DNA from: an uncultured Opitutales bacterium
Lineage (GTDB): Bacteria > Verrucomicrobiota > Verrucomicrobiia > Opitutales > Seribacteraceae
Reading direction: 5' to 3'
Assembly: GCA_963934405.1 (NCBI GenBank)
Contig: CAWVZQ010000001.1
Location: 1 to 50,216 of the forward strand
Length of the DNA: 50,216 bases
The position numbers were made by a program, and so were the translations under genes. Shown here one piece after another: positions 1 to 9,444 of this stretch; position 1 is the first letter of the stretch; each line of letters starts with the position of its first letter. The notes beneath the pieces were generated by a model. That model worked only from the letters and a program-made list of their open reading frames with translations, ran no database searches and was not told the origin of the DNA.

Positions 1-149
1 AGGCCGTTGTCGTCCGAAAACTTCCGCCTAAGAAAAAGAAACAGTCCGGCGGCCCCTGAAGTACTTGTGGTAACAAGAAAGGTAACACCTCAATTCGTAG
101 CCAGTTTGCTTAGAGTTTCGGCCTAGAGCCGGGGTGTATTACAAGCACC

Positions 150-851
150 TCACTTCTTTTCATCGGAGAATCTGCTTTTGTCGTCCATGTCGATGGTCCA
201 CAATTTGATGTGGGATTTCCAAACAAGAACAATGAGACCCACTGCAAGGAGACCTGTATAAATCGGTACGCAGATAACGAAATAAGCTCGTGTCGGATCG
301 AGTAGGATGATGACACCGTTGAGGGCGAGGAAATAGATGCGTATTTCCGTAGGGCCGATGCCGAAAAAGTAAATTTCAAATTCGTTGGTGGCGGCGAAGC
401 AGAGGAAGGAATTAACCATGTAGCCGCTAGTGATGGCTAGAATGCCGAAGAACCACCAATCGAGATTTTGCTGAGGCGGGGCAATTAAGGCATAGCCTAT
501 GATGAGTCCGCATTGAAAAACATAGTCCAGAAAATGGTCCATGTAGAATCCCCATTTTACTAGTCCGGTGTTTCGAGACCGTCCAACGGCTCCGTCGAAG
601 AGATCGGTGAGATATTGAAGAACGATGGCGAGCGACACGCCCCAGAACCAACGGATGTCTTCTGATTCCCGCACTTGCCATGCGGATGCAATGACTAGGC
701 TGGTCCATGGAATTGTGAGTAAAGTGAGATGGTGAGTTTCCAACCAAAAGGGCACGCGGTTAACCCATCTCGCCACGAACTTTTTTTCCAACGGACCAAG
801 TATCGATTCTCCCGCCTTGGTCGCGCCGCCGAATCCTTGCTTTTCCGTCAT
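150..851 (-). CDS. CDP-alcohol phosphatidyltransferase family membrane protein
   Basis: 233-aa ORF with several hydrophobic helices. 'DLFDGAVGRSRNTGLVKWGFYMDHFLDYV' approximates the D-G-x2-A-R...G-x3-D-x3-D signature. Its ATG overlaps the stop of the upstream gene (848-851). Confidence 0.75.
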   Translation of the reverse strand: MTEKQGFGGATKAGESILGPLEKKFVARWVNRVPFWLETHHLTLLTIPWTSLVIASAWQVRESEDIRWFWGVSLAIVLQYLTDLFDGAVGRSRNTGLVKWGFYMDHFLDYVFQCGLIIGYALIAPPQQNLDWWFFGILAITSGYMVNSFLCFAATNEFEIYFFGIGPTEIRIYFLALNGVIILLDPTRAYFVICVPIYTGLLAVGLIVLVWKSHIKLWTIDMDDKSRFSDEKK

Positions 852-2308
852 CCCTTACTTTTTATGTCGTAGCAGTAGAGGATGTTTTGAGCTCGGAGGT
901 AGAGCTTTCCGCCCGCTACGACTGGATGTTGCCAACTGTTTTTTCGGTCATTTGGGATTTGGAAGGACCCTTTCTCCATGTAACCTCGTGTGTTGGCTTC
1001 AACCAATTTCATCATGCCGTTTTGGTAGCGAAAGTAAAGGTGGCCATCGGCACAAGTCACGGCCGCCGATCCCATCTTGCGGATATTATTGTCGTTTACC
1101 TTCCATGTGATTCTCCCCGTTTTCATATCGAGACAAAAAGGTTCTCCCCTGTTGTGTCCATGTCCGCCATAGACATGTCCGGCCAGCAGCACCATTCCTC
1201 CGTGGTGGTTCTGTAGCTCCCCGGCCGAATAGTATTTGATCTCTCTAGCACCTGAGGTAGTTATTCGCAGTAGGGCGCTGCCACCATCGCCGTAACCCGT
1301 GGAGGCGAAGATGTGGTCGTCATCCACGATGACCGAAGGGATGTTTGCGGTTCCGTTTGCGATCTTATTGTAATGCCAAAGGGGGCGACCAGAACCAGCG
1401 TCAACGGCCAGAACACCTCGACCAGTCATCTGTACATATTGCTTCTTACCGCCAATTTCGACGATGGATACTGAACCGTAACCAGCACCGTCTTTGCCTT
1501 TGTTTCCCATGTCGCGAGGGAAGGGGGTTCGCCAGATCTCCTTACCAGTTTTTTTGTCCAAAGCCACAATCGCGGCGTTCGGTGCCCCGGGGCTACATAT
1601 AAGCCAAGGACCGTCTAGAAGTGGAGATTCCGAGTATCCCCAACCCGACATCATTTTACCGCCGAAGTCCCGCTCGAAGTTCTTTTGCCAAACGAGTTTT
1701 CCATCCGAGGCGCGAACACCAACCAAGTTGCCATTCTTAGTTAGCCCATAAACCAAGCTGAATTCTTTGTCATAGGCCGGTGTCCCGTTGACGCCCCCAC
1801 CTCCACGGATGGGACTTTCCCAAGTTTTTCTACCAGTTGCCCTGTCAAGGGCGTAAAGTGATGTGGCGCCGCCCGCTTCGCCTAGCGTGAAGATTCGGTC
1901 GCCTACGACAATGATGCTGGAGTAGCCTTTACCCAGATTATTGGTGCTCCAGAGAAGATTCGGTCCATTTTCAGGCCATTGTGCGAGCAAGCCTGTTTCG
2001 CGGGAAACACCATTTCCGTGAGGCCCTCTCCAGCGAGGCCAGTCCGTAGTTTGCTTTTTCCCGTCTCGGCTTTCACTTGGATTTTTGGAAGCAAGGCTTC
2101 GTGCAAAAAGTTGATCCGCCGCAGTAAGGCGAGATAGTGGGAATGCATAGGACTGAGTGCCTACACGCAGTACGATTATGTCGCCGCGTATGGTTTCAAA
2201 ATCTCCTGTCACTCGTCGACCTTGAACATCCGTCCAAATTCTCGGAGCGGACTTCATCCACAGGTTTGAGAGAAACAGCAAAGTAATGAGAAATGCGAAA
2301 GGCTTCAT
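848..2308 (-). CDS. Secreted PQQ-like (BamB-like) beta-propeller repeat protein with N-terminal SHD1-like module
   Basis: Signal peptide 'MKPFAFLITLLFLSNLW'. 'RIWTDVQGRRVTGDFETIRGDIIVLRV...LSRLTAADQ' resembles the SHD1 module common in PVC bacteria. The rest has repeated Gly/Trp-rich blades ('LYALDRATGRKTWE', 'LVGVRASDGKLVWQ', 'IVALDKKTGKEIWR', 'LAVDAGSGRPLWH', 'CLDMKTGRITWK'). Confidence 0.75.
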   Translation of the reverse strand: MKPFAFLITLLFLSNLWMKSAPRIWTDVQGRRVTGDFETIRGDIIVLRVGTQSYAFPLSRLTAADQLFARSLASKNPSESRDGKKQTTDWPRWRGPHGNGVSRETGLLAQWPENGPNLLWSTNNLGKGYSSIIVVGDRIFTLGEAGGATSLYALDRATGRKTWESPIRGGGGVNGTPAYDKEFSLVYGLTKNGNLVGVRASDGKLVWQKNFERDFGGKMMSGWGYSESPLLDGPWLICSPGAPNAAIVALDKKTGKEIWRTPFPRDMGNKGKDGAGYGSVSIVEIGGKKQYVQMTGRGVLAVDAGSGRPLWHYNKIANGTANIPSVIVDDDHIFASTGYGDGGSALLRITTSGAREIKYYSAGELQNHHGGMVLLAGHVYGGHGHNRGEPFCLDMKTGRITWKVNDNNIRKMGSAAVTCADGHLYFRYQNGMMKLVEANTRGYMEKGSFQIPNDRKNSWQHPVVAGGKLYLRAQNILYCYDIKSKG

Positions 2309-2549
2309 GGTGTTTCCTAGGGTTTGGCATTCATGCTTCCTTCAGTTAGTTTTAACTGTCAATAGAAACGAATGGTTCTTCTCGAGTTGAACTTTAACCA
2401 AGAGCTTAAATGCGAATGTTGGCCGAGCCTTTTCTTTTTTGGAAAATAGATCCTTGCGAAGCAGACGGTCGAGATTTTAAATCAAATCTCTTTTTTTAGA
2501 GAACTCGCGGAGCTTGACGTCTTTCATCCTGAAGTCATGAATTCACTTT

Positions 2550-3689
2550 ATGAATAAGAAAATACTTTGTGTCGATGACGAGGAATCGATCTTAAAGGGT
2601 TTCCGACTGCACTTGCGCAAGGGCTTTGATCTCTTTACGGCTAACTCCGGAGAGGATGGACTGCGTGTTTTTGATGAAGAAGGTGAATTTGCAGTCGTTC
2701 TTTCGGACATGCGGATGCCGGGCATAGATGGTGCGGCCATGTTGTCGGCCATAAAGGAGCGCAACGCCGATGTTGTGACAATGCTGCTCACGGGGCATGC
2801 CGATTTCGAGTCGGCCATGTCTGCAGTCAACGATGGAAATGTTTTTCGCATGCTATCGAAGCCCTGTCCTCCCGAACGATTGATTCAGTCCTTGTATGCC
2901 GGTCTTCGGCAACACGAATTAATCGTTGGCGAAAAAGTGTTGCTCGAGCAAACGCTCAAAGGAGCTGTCGATGCCTTAAGCCAAGCCTTGGCAACCGCCA
3001 AGCCTTTGTTTTTTGGTCGGGCTCAACGCGTGCAACGCCTTGCTGGCGAATTGGCGGAGAGGCTTGAAGAGCCGAACAAGTGGAGGATCGAGGTGGCCTC
3101 CATTTTTTCTCAGATTGCTTCCATTACCTTGCCTGAAGCAATTTCCGAGGATGTATATCACAAGAGAGAATTATCGAAGGAAGTTCAGGAGATAGTGAGT
3201 CGATTTCCTGAAGTGACTGAACAAATGCTGGAGAAAATTCCTCGACTCGAAGAAGTTCGCGAAATAATTACGAAAATCGATTTACAGCCACGCTTTGAAT
3301 TGTCGGACGAAGGAGGCACTCGTCGAGCGGCTTCGATCATTAAGGTTGCACTAGACTTTGACCATTACGAGGAACTTGGGTACGAGAAAGCTATCGTGGT
3401 GCAGACCTTGCGTGGTCGTGAAAAGTATTACGATCCAGAGGTGACCGAAGCGTTGCAGCACCTCCACTCTCTTGCCGATCAAAAATATCGTATCGAAGAA
3501 GTGTTGTTGAAGAATTTGGGACCAGGCATGAGATTGGCTCAGGAGTTGCGTCATGACTCTGGCTTTTTGGTTGCACCTTCAGGTACTGATGTGGATCGAC
3601 ACTTTATACGTGTTGTACGCAATCACCTTGCCTGTTACGAAGAAAGTCCTTTCCCGAAGAAAATTTTGGTAACAGTCCCAAATGCCTGA
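2550..3689 (+). CDS. Response regulator: REC domain plus degenerate HD-GYP-like output domain
   Basis: REC motifs 'KILCVDDE', 'VVLSDMRMPGIDG', 'LSKP'. The C-terminal ~230 aa aligns by eye to RpfG/HD-GYP domains, but the metal-ligand positions read 'GRAQRV' and 'FSQIAS' instead of H...HD. Confidence 0.8.
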   Translation: MNKKILCVDDEESILKGFRLHLRKGFDLFTANSGEDGLRVFDEEGEFAVVLSDMRMPGIDGAAMLSAIKERNADVVTMLLTGHADFESAMSAVNDGNVFRMLSKPCPPERLIQSLYAGLRQHELIVGEKVLLEQTLKGAVDALSQALATAKPLFFGRAQRVQRLAGELAERLEEPNKWRIEVASIFSQIASITLPEAISEDVYHKRELSKEVQEIVSRFPEVTEQMLEKIPRLEEVREIITKIDLQPRFELSDEGGTRRAASIIKVALDFDHYEELGYEKAIVVQTLRGREKYYDPEVTEALQHLHSLADQKYRIEEVLLKNLGPGMRLAQELRHDSGFLVAPSGTDVDRHFIRVVRNHLACYEESPFPKKILVTVPNA

Positions 3690-3734
3690 GAGCGATTCTT
3701 GTTTTGTTAGTTCAATTGATCTCAGCTTCCGACT

Positions 3735-5405
3735 GTGAAGGTACGATCTTATGTGATTTTGCTGACTCTTGCCGGTTTGGGCGGGGCTTCCATTCTGGCA
3801 ATTTTCGGGTGGTGGAAATTCTCTGGTTTGCAGTCTGCAACTGACGAGCTGCGGTTAGAGGCCGAAAGATCTGGAGCGGCGTCTCAGGAGCATTTAGACA
3901 TACAGGTATTCCTGACTTCTAGTAGTGACGCTCTAAATGCAATGGAAGTCTACCCCAAGGAGTTCAAGGGTTTATTTGGTGTAGTGAGAGACAGCCTAGT
4001 TTATTCCGCGGCCGCATTAGAGAAAATCACGGATGAATACTCGAGTAATTTTAAAGCGGATACATTAAACCAGTTGAAAAAAGAAATTTCAGGAATCAAT
4101 GATGCCTTGAATCAAATGGAAGAAGTAAGATTTTCCAAGAAGGCTGGGGGATCGAGTCGTAGCGAACTTAATGCTGCTCGCTCGACTTTCGATGAGTTTG
4201 CCAAAAAACTTGAGATTAGTTTGGAGTGGTTGCAGAACGAAGCCGACTCAAATATAAACAGTCGAAAAGAAGAGCTAAGTGCTCGCTGGATGGATTTGGA
4301 GCAAAGTCGAAAAGAGGCGAGTATTTTTTCTTGGATAGCCGTTGCTCTCTATTTTGGCATCACTGCATTTCTGGCATGGAGGACCTACCGAAGTCTTGCC
4401 CAACCCATACAGGCGTTAGAAAACGCCGCCGGTAATTCTTTGGACGGAGGAAAACCTTTTATTTTGGCGGAAACGGGACCTGCCGAAATTCGATCTTTGA
4501 CCAGACGCCTACGTGTTTTAGTCCATGGATTGGAGGAACAGGTGGCCCAGCGCACCCATGCGCTACGAACAAAGGCCCATCAATTGGAAGAAGAAATGAT
4601 GCAGCGCAAGCACTTGGAAACCGAACTTGTCCATGCCCAGAAGATGGAGGCTGTAGGTCAACTGGCAGCGGGGATTGCTCACGAAATCAATTCACCTTCA
4701 CAATTCGTCAACGACAACGTCATGTTCTTGAAGGATGCCGTCAATGAATTGTTGGCTGCGGTTTCCGAAGAAGGAGAAATTCCAGATGCCAAGGAAATTG
4801 AATTCTTAAGAGAAAACGCACCTGGTTCCGTTGAACAGGCTCTCCAGGGAATGGAGCGAATTACGACTATCGTTAAATCGATGAAAAATTTTGCGTATAG
4901 GGATGCAGCTTCAGAAAAAAGACCCCAAAACCTTAATCAGGCAATTGAGGCGACTGCGGTGGTCGCTACCAACGAATGGAAATACCACGCGGAACTTAAG
5001 ACCGACCTTGATTCAAATTTGCCTTTTGTTCCCTGTAACATTGGAGAGATTAATCAAGTGGTCCTTAATCTTATTGTTAATGCCGCCCATGCAATTCGAG
5101 ATTCTGAATTGAAGGACGGCAAAGGCCTGATCTTAGTTTCCACGAGGCAGTACGATCAATATGTGGTAATTACGATTCAGGATAACGGCGGCGGCATCCC
5201 GGAGCATGTTCAAGGTAAAATTTTCGAACCTTTCTTCACGACTAAGGAAGTGGGCGTGGGAACTGGTCAGGGCTTGGCAATTGCTCATAATGTGATTACG
5301 AAATCGCACGGCGGTCATATTTGGTTTGAAACAGAGCAAGGCAAGGGCACGACTTTCTTTATTCGACTGTCTTTGGATACTCCATCCCAAGCATCGGAAT
5401 CGTGA
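3735..5405 (+). CDS. Sensor histidine kinase (two TM, extracytoplasmic sensor, HisKA + HATPase_c)
   Basis: TM1 'YVILLTLAGLGGASILAIFGWW' and TM2 'IFSWIAVALYFGITAFLAW'. H-box 'AAGIAHEINSPSQF'. N/G boxes 'NLIVNAAHAI', 'DNGGGIP', 'GTGQGLAIAH'. A GTG start is assumed, so the start is uncertain. Confidence 0.85.
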   Translation: MKVRSYVILLTLAGLGGASILAIFGWWKFSGLQSATDELRLEAERSGAASQEHLDIQVFLTSSSDALNAMEVYPKEFKGLFGVVRDSLVYSAAALEKITDEYSSNFKADTLNQLKKEISGINDALNQMEEVRFSKKAGGSSRSELNAARSTFDEFAKKLEISLEWLQNEADSNINSRKEELSARWMDLEQSRKEASIFSWIAVALYFGITAFLAWRTYRSLAQPIQALENAAGNSLDGGKPFILAETGPAEIRSLTRRLRVLVHGLEEQVAQRTHALRTKAHQLEEEMMQRKHLETELVHAQKMEAVGQLAAGIAHEINSPSQFVNDNVMFLKDAVNELLAAVSEEGEIPDAKEIEFLRENAPGSVEQALQGMERITTIVKSMKNFAYRDAASEKRPQNLNQAIEATAVVATNEWKYHAELKTDLDSNLPFVPCNIGEINQVVLNLIVNAAHAIRDSELKDGKGLILVSTRQYDQYVVITIQDNGGGIPEHVQGKIFEPFFTTKEVGVGTGQGLAIAHNVITKSHGGHIWFETEQGKGTTFFIRLSLDTPSQASES

Positions 5406-6688
5406 TGTTTCAAGTGTGGCGATTTTCCAATCTGCCAGCAGTTGGAATACTGGTCTTGCTTGCATCGGGATGCGGTTCGGAGGAAACGATGAAAGGAAGT
5501 CTTAGCTTTTTGGACAGCAAAGGAGAAGAAGTTCCCCGAGAAGCTGTCTCCATAAAGGTTTTTGATAAAGACGGAATGGTGGCCATTCGTCGAAAATCTA
5601 GAGTTATGTTGGGGGAACAGGTTATTCAACTAAAGGGAGGAGAATCATCCTCTGACTTTGTCGATAATTATTTCTCGAGCTTGTTTGATATTGTTGATTC
5701 GACTCCCACGCTTTATGAGCTAGAAACCGATGATGTCGGGCTGTTTGACTTTTCGTTTACTGGTGGTGAATGTTTGGTCGCGACTCATTTGGTCGCGGGA
5801 GACGAAAATCCCAGATGGTTAAGGCTTATAAGTCGAAACGCTATAAAGCCGGAGGGCATAGATTTGAATACCGGCAACCAGCTGAAATTTGGCGGCATCG
5901 AGAACTTTGTCTCTTTGACGGAAATAGAGAATCAATTTAAAACCCGTCTCGGTGAACTTGGATTGGTTGCCGAATGGAAGCCAAAGCTTGAACCGCAAAA
6001 CCTGATTTATATTCCTCCTGGTAACTTTGTTATGGGAAGCAAGGAGGGCGATGCTCTTCGGGGCAAAAACGAAACTGTCCACGGGGTCACGATCACCCAT
6101 GGGTTCTGGATGGGAAAGTATGAAGTGACAAACGAAAGATGGAATGCAGTTTGGGCTATCACGGATTTTAACTCATCGGAGCAAAAATTGCCGGTCAGCC
6201 AAGTTTCCCATGGCAAGGCTCAGGCCTTTTGCTGGAAGTTGACCGAAAGTGAAAGAGGAGCGGGAAACTTGCCTGCTGGCTTTATTTATCGTTTACCTAC
6301 CGAGGCAGAATGGGAGTATGCTTGTCGGGCGGGTACTTCTTCAGTGTTTAGTTTCGGAGACGATCCAGCTTCACTTTCGGAGCATGCTTGGCATCAGGGC
6401 AATAGTCGCCGCATCTACCACCAAGTGGGAACGAAAACTGCGAATGCTTGGGGCTTGCATGACATGAGCGGTAACGTGCTGGAGTGGTGTTTTGACTGGT
6501 ATGGCGATTATCCTTCCTTTCCCGTGGTAAATCCCTTGGGAGCCTTGAGAGGAAAAGGGCGGGTGCTCCGAGGTGGCGGTTATACCTCTGCAGAATCCCA
6601 ATGTCGCTCGGGTTCCCGTGATCAGTGGTCACCTATTTCTCGCAGCTTCAATGTGGGCTTTCGTGTAGTGTTAGGATGCCCTTTGTGA
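5405..6688 (+). CDS. Lipoprotein with C-terminal formylglycine-generating-enzyme (SUMF1/EgtB/PvdO) fold domain
   Basis: Lipobox-like 'LVLLASGCGS'. C-terminal 'FWMGKYEVTNERW', 'YRLPTEAEWEYACRAG', 'NAWGLHDMSGNVLEWCFDWY', 'RVLRGGGY', 'NVGFRVV'. The ATG overlaps the kinase stop (TGATG). An in-frame GTG at 5402 is also possible. Confidence 0.8.
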   Translation: MFQVWRFSNLPAVGILVLLASGCGSEETMKGSLSFLDSKGEEVPREAVSIKVFDKDGMVAIRRKSRVMLGEQVIQLKGGESSSDFVDNYFSSLFDIVDSTPTLYELETDDVGLFDFSFTGGECLVATHLVAGDENPRWLRLISRNAIKPEGIDLNTGNQLKFGGIENFVSLTEIENQFKTRLGELGLVAEWKPKLEPQNLIYIPPGNFVMGSKEGDALRGKNETVHGVTITHGFWMGKYEVTNERWNAVWAITDFNSSEQKLPVSQVSHGKAQAFCWKLTESERGAGNLPAGFIYRLPTEAEWEYACRAGTSSVFSFGDDPASLSEHAWHQGNSRRIYHQVGTKTANAWGLHDMSGNVLEWCFDWYGDYPSFPVVNPLGALRGKGRVLRGGGYTSAESQCRSGSRDQWSPISRSFNVGFRVVLGCPL

Positions 6689-6710
6689 CCCGAGGTTGGA
6701 GGTTATTCAC

Positions 6711-7706
6711 CTAGCGATTAAGTGTCTTGAGGCTGTCTAGAACGATCTTTGCAGTGAGGGCATAGGTCGTTACTCTATCCACGCGGGCCATATTTAAGCC
6801 GACGGCTTTGCCATTAATATCGAGAACGGGACCACCCATTGCTTCCGGGGGTAAGGGTAGGTCGTGCTGGATGATCATCGGGAAATTATCCTTCCTCCTC
6901 GATACAGGACCGCTCATCTGTAGGTTCCGGTTGAACATTTCGAAAGTCACCGAGCGGTGACCGAGGGTCACCTGATAGGAAAAACTCCTATCATCTCGCA
7001 TCACTTCTATGCGAACAACGTCGCCTGGGTCATGCGAACCCACAAGCTCTATAACCTGTTCGCGTCGCTTTACGCTTTGTCCATTAACTTTCGTTACCAC
7101 ATCCCCCTTTTTCAACCCGGCGGTTGCTCCTGCCGCCCGAGGCACCACTTCGGCGATGGCGACACCACCGGTAGCATTCCCATCGCGTCCTAGTATTACG
7201 CCGATCACTCCACCTTCGCGCTTTATGGATCGTGGAGTTCCGCTGTTGACCCCCACTTTTAAACCCTTCAGCTTCGGGTCTGCCGAAACCATCCATCCAC
7301 CTTCGGTCGGCAACTTGTCACTCGACCATTGCACGGGCTCGAAGGACTTGTCTTTTGCCATAATCTGCAGAAGAGCAAGGTCTGTTTTATCATCTCTGCG
7401 GCGTATCCTGACGGGATATGTTTTGCCATCCGCGAATACTGCCTCTCTTGCACCTACGCAAGCACTCGCCTTGGTCAACAAGAGACCTTCCTTTGTCACT
7501 ATTGTTCCGTGAGTGATGAGCTTGCCGTTGCGAATGAGTCGAACTGTTGAAGCAAGCGCGGCTTGTTTGGTTTTGGCAAAAGCCTTGCGAGTGTTTGCTC
7601 CATTCAGGCGTTGAGAGGCCGAAAGATCTTCTGCATGAATTGTATTAACAAAGAGGACAGCGAACAGCCACAAAACAAGTTTACTTAGGAATACGCGGGA
7701 ACTCAT
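6711..7706 (-). CDS. HtrA-like trypsin-fold protein with inserted PDZ domain and degenerate catalytic triad (predicted inactive)
   Basis: Signal peptide present. 'LLLTKASACVG' sits where HtrA has 'LTxAHV'. The 'DLALLQI' Asp is kept. 'IQHDLPLPPEAMGGPVLDINGKAVGLN' sits where HtrA has 'IQTDAxINxGNSGGP'. PDZ-like 'GGVAIAEVVPRAAGATAGLKKGDVVTKVNGQSV' lies between the Asp and pseudo-Ser regions. Confidence 0.7.
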   Translation of the reverse strand: MSSRVFLSKLVLWLFAVLFVNTIHAEDLSASQRLNGANTRKAFAKTKQAALASTVRLIRNGKLITHGTIVTKEGLLLTKASACVGAREAVFADGKTYPVRIRRRDDKTDLALLQIMAKDKSFEPVQWSSDKLPTEGGWMVSADPKLKGLKVGVNSGTPRSIKREGGVIGVILGRDGNATGGVAIAEVVPRAAGATAGLKKGDVVTKVNGQSVKRREQVIELVGSHDPGDVVRIEVMRDDRSFSYQVTLGHRSVTFEMFNRNLQMSGPVSRRKDNFPMIIQHDLPLPPEAMGGPVLDINGKAVGLNMARVDRVTTYALTAKIVLDSLKTLNR

Positions 7707-8704
7707 TTCTCGTCTTCCTCAAAGTCGGGGCGTTTACCAAGTTTCACTTTGGCGGTCATTTCTTTTTCGCCTCGAAGATAATCTATTATTACTGATTTTC
7801 CGGGACCAGTTGTCGCAATGGCGATCGTGAGTTCCTCTCTTGTGTCAATGACGTCTCCATTTACCTTCACGATTATATCACCTTCCCGAAACCGAGCTTT
7901 ATTGGCCGCTGAATCCTCGACTACCTCGATAACTTTTAGGCCTTCCTCAGTTTCTTCGCATCCTACACCTAAGAAACCTCCGCCCTGTAGACTGCTTTGC
8001 GTTAAAAGCTCTTCGTCCCGGAAGGATTTCCAGTTTGCATGAAAAGCTTCGATGGGGGCATGGAAATTTTGATCGTCCTTCTTGGAGATACGACTGTGTA
8101 TTCCGATCACACGACCGTTGAAATCGAAGAGTGGCCCTCCAGAGTCACCTCCGAGAAGACGACTATCGGTTTGAATAGTTTCGTCTTCTTTGGCGATAAT
8201 TCGGCCAAGGCGAACTATGATTCCGCGTTCCTTGTCGAATCCACCGGGATGACCTAGAGCAAAACACCAATCCCCGATTTTAGAGGAACCCCGGGCGGCC
8301 ATAGGGGCAATCGGCCAATCTCCTTCATCCGTGATTTCAGCCATACCGGCATCCGAAATTTCTGAACCACCCAATGTAATTGCATTGACTCGCTTTCCAT
8401 CCGGCAGCCTCACTTTTACTCGCTTGCCGCGTTTCCCTATCACATGAGCGGCGGTTAGGACCATTCCATCTTCAGAGACGATTACACCACTGCCTGCGCC
8501 TCCACCGCTTTCTATAGCGACCACTGCTTTTTTAGCCTCGGGCAAGATTTTGCGAAGGCGTTCCTGAATGGCTAGCAGATCCTCCCCGTTTTCGGGGAAA
8601 GGTTTTTCCCACGCTTTCAGTTCCTCTGCCTTTAGGCACAGGGACAATGCGACCAAGGGCATGGCTGCAAGAAAAGTGATCTGCCAATTATTCAACACTA
8701 TCAA
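7703..8704 (-). CDS. HtrA/DegP-family serine protease with C-terminal PDZ domain
   Basis: Catalytic motifs 'LTAAHVIG' and 'IQTDSRLLGGDSGGPLFDFNGRVIGIH'. PDZ 'GLKVIEVVEDSAANKARFREGDIIVKVNGDVI'. Signal/anchor at the N-terminus. The stop overlaps the start of 6711-7706 by 4 nt. Confidence 0.85.
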   Translation of the reverse strand: MIVLNNWQITFLAAMPLVALSLCLKAEELKAWEKPFPENGEDLLAIQERLRKILPEAKKAVVAIESGGGAGSGVIVSEDGMVLTAAHVIGKRGKRVKVRLPDGKRVNAITLGGSEISDAGMAEITDEGDWPIAPMAARGSSKIGDWCFALGHPGGFDKERGIIVRLGRIIAKEDETIQTDSRLLGGDSGGPLFDFNGRVIGIHSRISKKDDQNFHAPIEAFHANWKSFRDEELLTQSSLQGGGFLGVGCEETEEGLKVIEVVEDSAANKARFREGDIIVKVNGDVIDTREELTIAIATTGPGKSVIIDYLRGEKEMTAKVKLGKRPDFEEDEK

Positions 8705-8802
8705 TTAATTATGCCGCTGATTGAATATGTCGCAAATGGTTTCAGCAAAAAACTCGAAATAAACTGTCAATGTAGGAGCCTAAAAGATAGCTATTCCGTA
8801 TG

Positions 8803-9444
8803 TTATCTTTCACAAGACAGCTCATTGCCGGCTATTCGAAAAACGACATCTGCCAAATTTTCGACTTCTCGTTTGTTGTGAGTAATGTGCAGAACGGTCA
8901 CCCCCGTCCCTTTTACCGTTTGCACCAGCAATTCGTAAATTTCATCATGGGTCTCCTCGTCGAGTGCGCTCAGTGGTTCATCTAGGCATAGGTATCTGGG
9001 ACGAATTGAAAGAGCTCTTCCCAGTGCAACTCTTTGGCGTTCCCCGCCGCTTAAGGCATCGGGCATGCGATCCAATAGATGAGAAATTCCCAGCCTTTCG
9101 GCCAGTTCCTCCACTCGCTCCTCAATTTGTTTTGGTTTTGCTTTTCGCAGAACAAGAGCAAACGCCAATTGCCTAGCCACGCTAAGATGCGGAAATAGTG
9201 CCCCGTCCTGTGGCACGTACCCAACGTCGCGCTCTCCGGGTTTGAGGGTCGTCACGTCTTTTGTCCCTAGAAGGATCTTGCCACTGGTAATCGCTCTAAG
9301 ACCGCACACGGCTTCGAGAAGGGTTGTCTTTCCGCACCCGCTTCTACCAACGAGGATTCCGTATGCTCCTTCCGGTAATTTGAAAGAAATGTCGGAAAGA
9401 GAGAATTCTCCCTGTCGAATATTTAGCTTTTCTACTGATATCAT
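8803..9444 (-). CDS. ABC transporter ATP-binding protein (ModC/CysA-like, no TOBE domain)
   Basis: Walker A 'GRSGCGKTT', signature 'LSGGERQRV', Walker B 'YLCLDEPLSALD'. I use the internal Met ('MISVEKLNIRQ') whose ATG overlaps the permease stop (ATGA at 9441-9444). The longer 301-aa ORF overlaps the permease and is rejected. Confidence 0.85.
   Translation of the reverse strand: MISVEKLNIRQGEFSLSDISFKLPEGAYGILVGRSGCGKTTLLEAVCGLRAITSGKILLGTKDVTTLKPGERDVGYVPQDGALFPHLSVARQLAFALVLRKAKPKQIEERVEELAERLGISHLLDRMPDALSGGERQRVALGRALSIRPRYLCLDEPLSALDEETHDEIYELLVQTVKGTGVTVLHITHNKREVENLADVVFRIAGNELSCER

Noticed and set aside
1-59. Possible 3' end of a plus-strand gene (frame 3: '...RKLPPKKKKQSGGP*').
   Set aside because: Only 18 codons are visible, so there is no way to distinguish coding from non-coding sequence.
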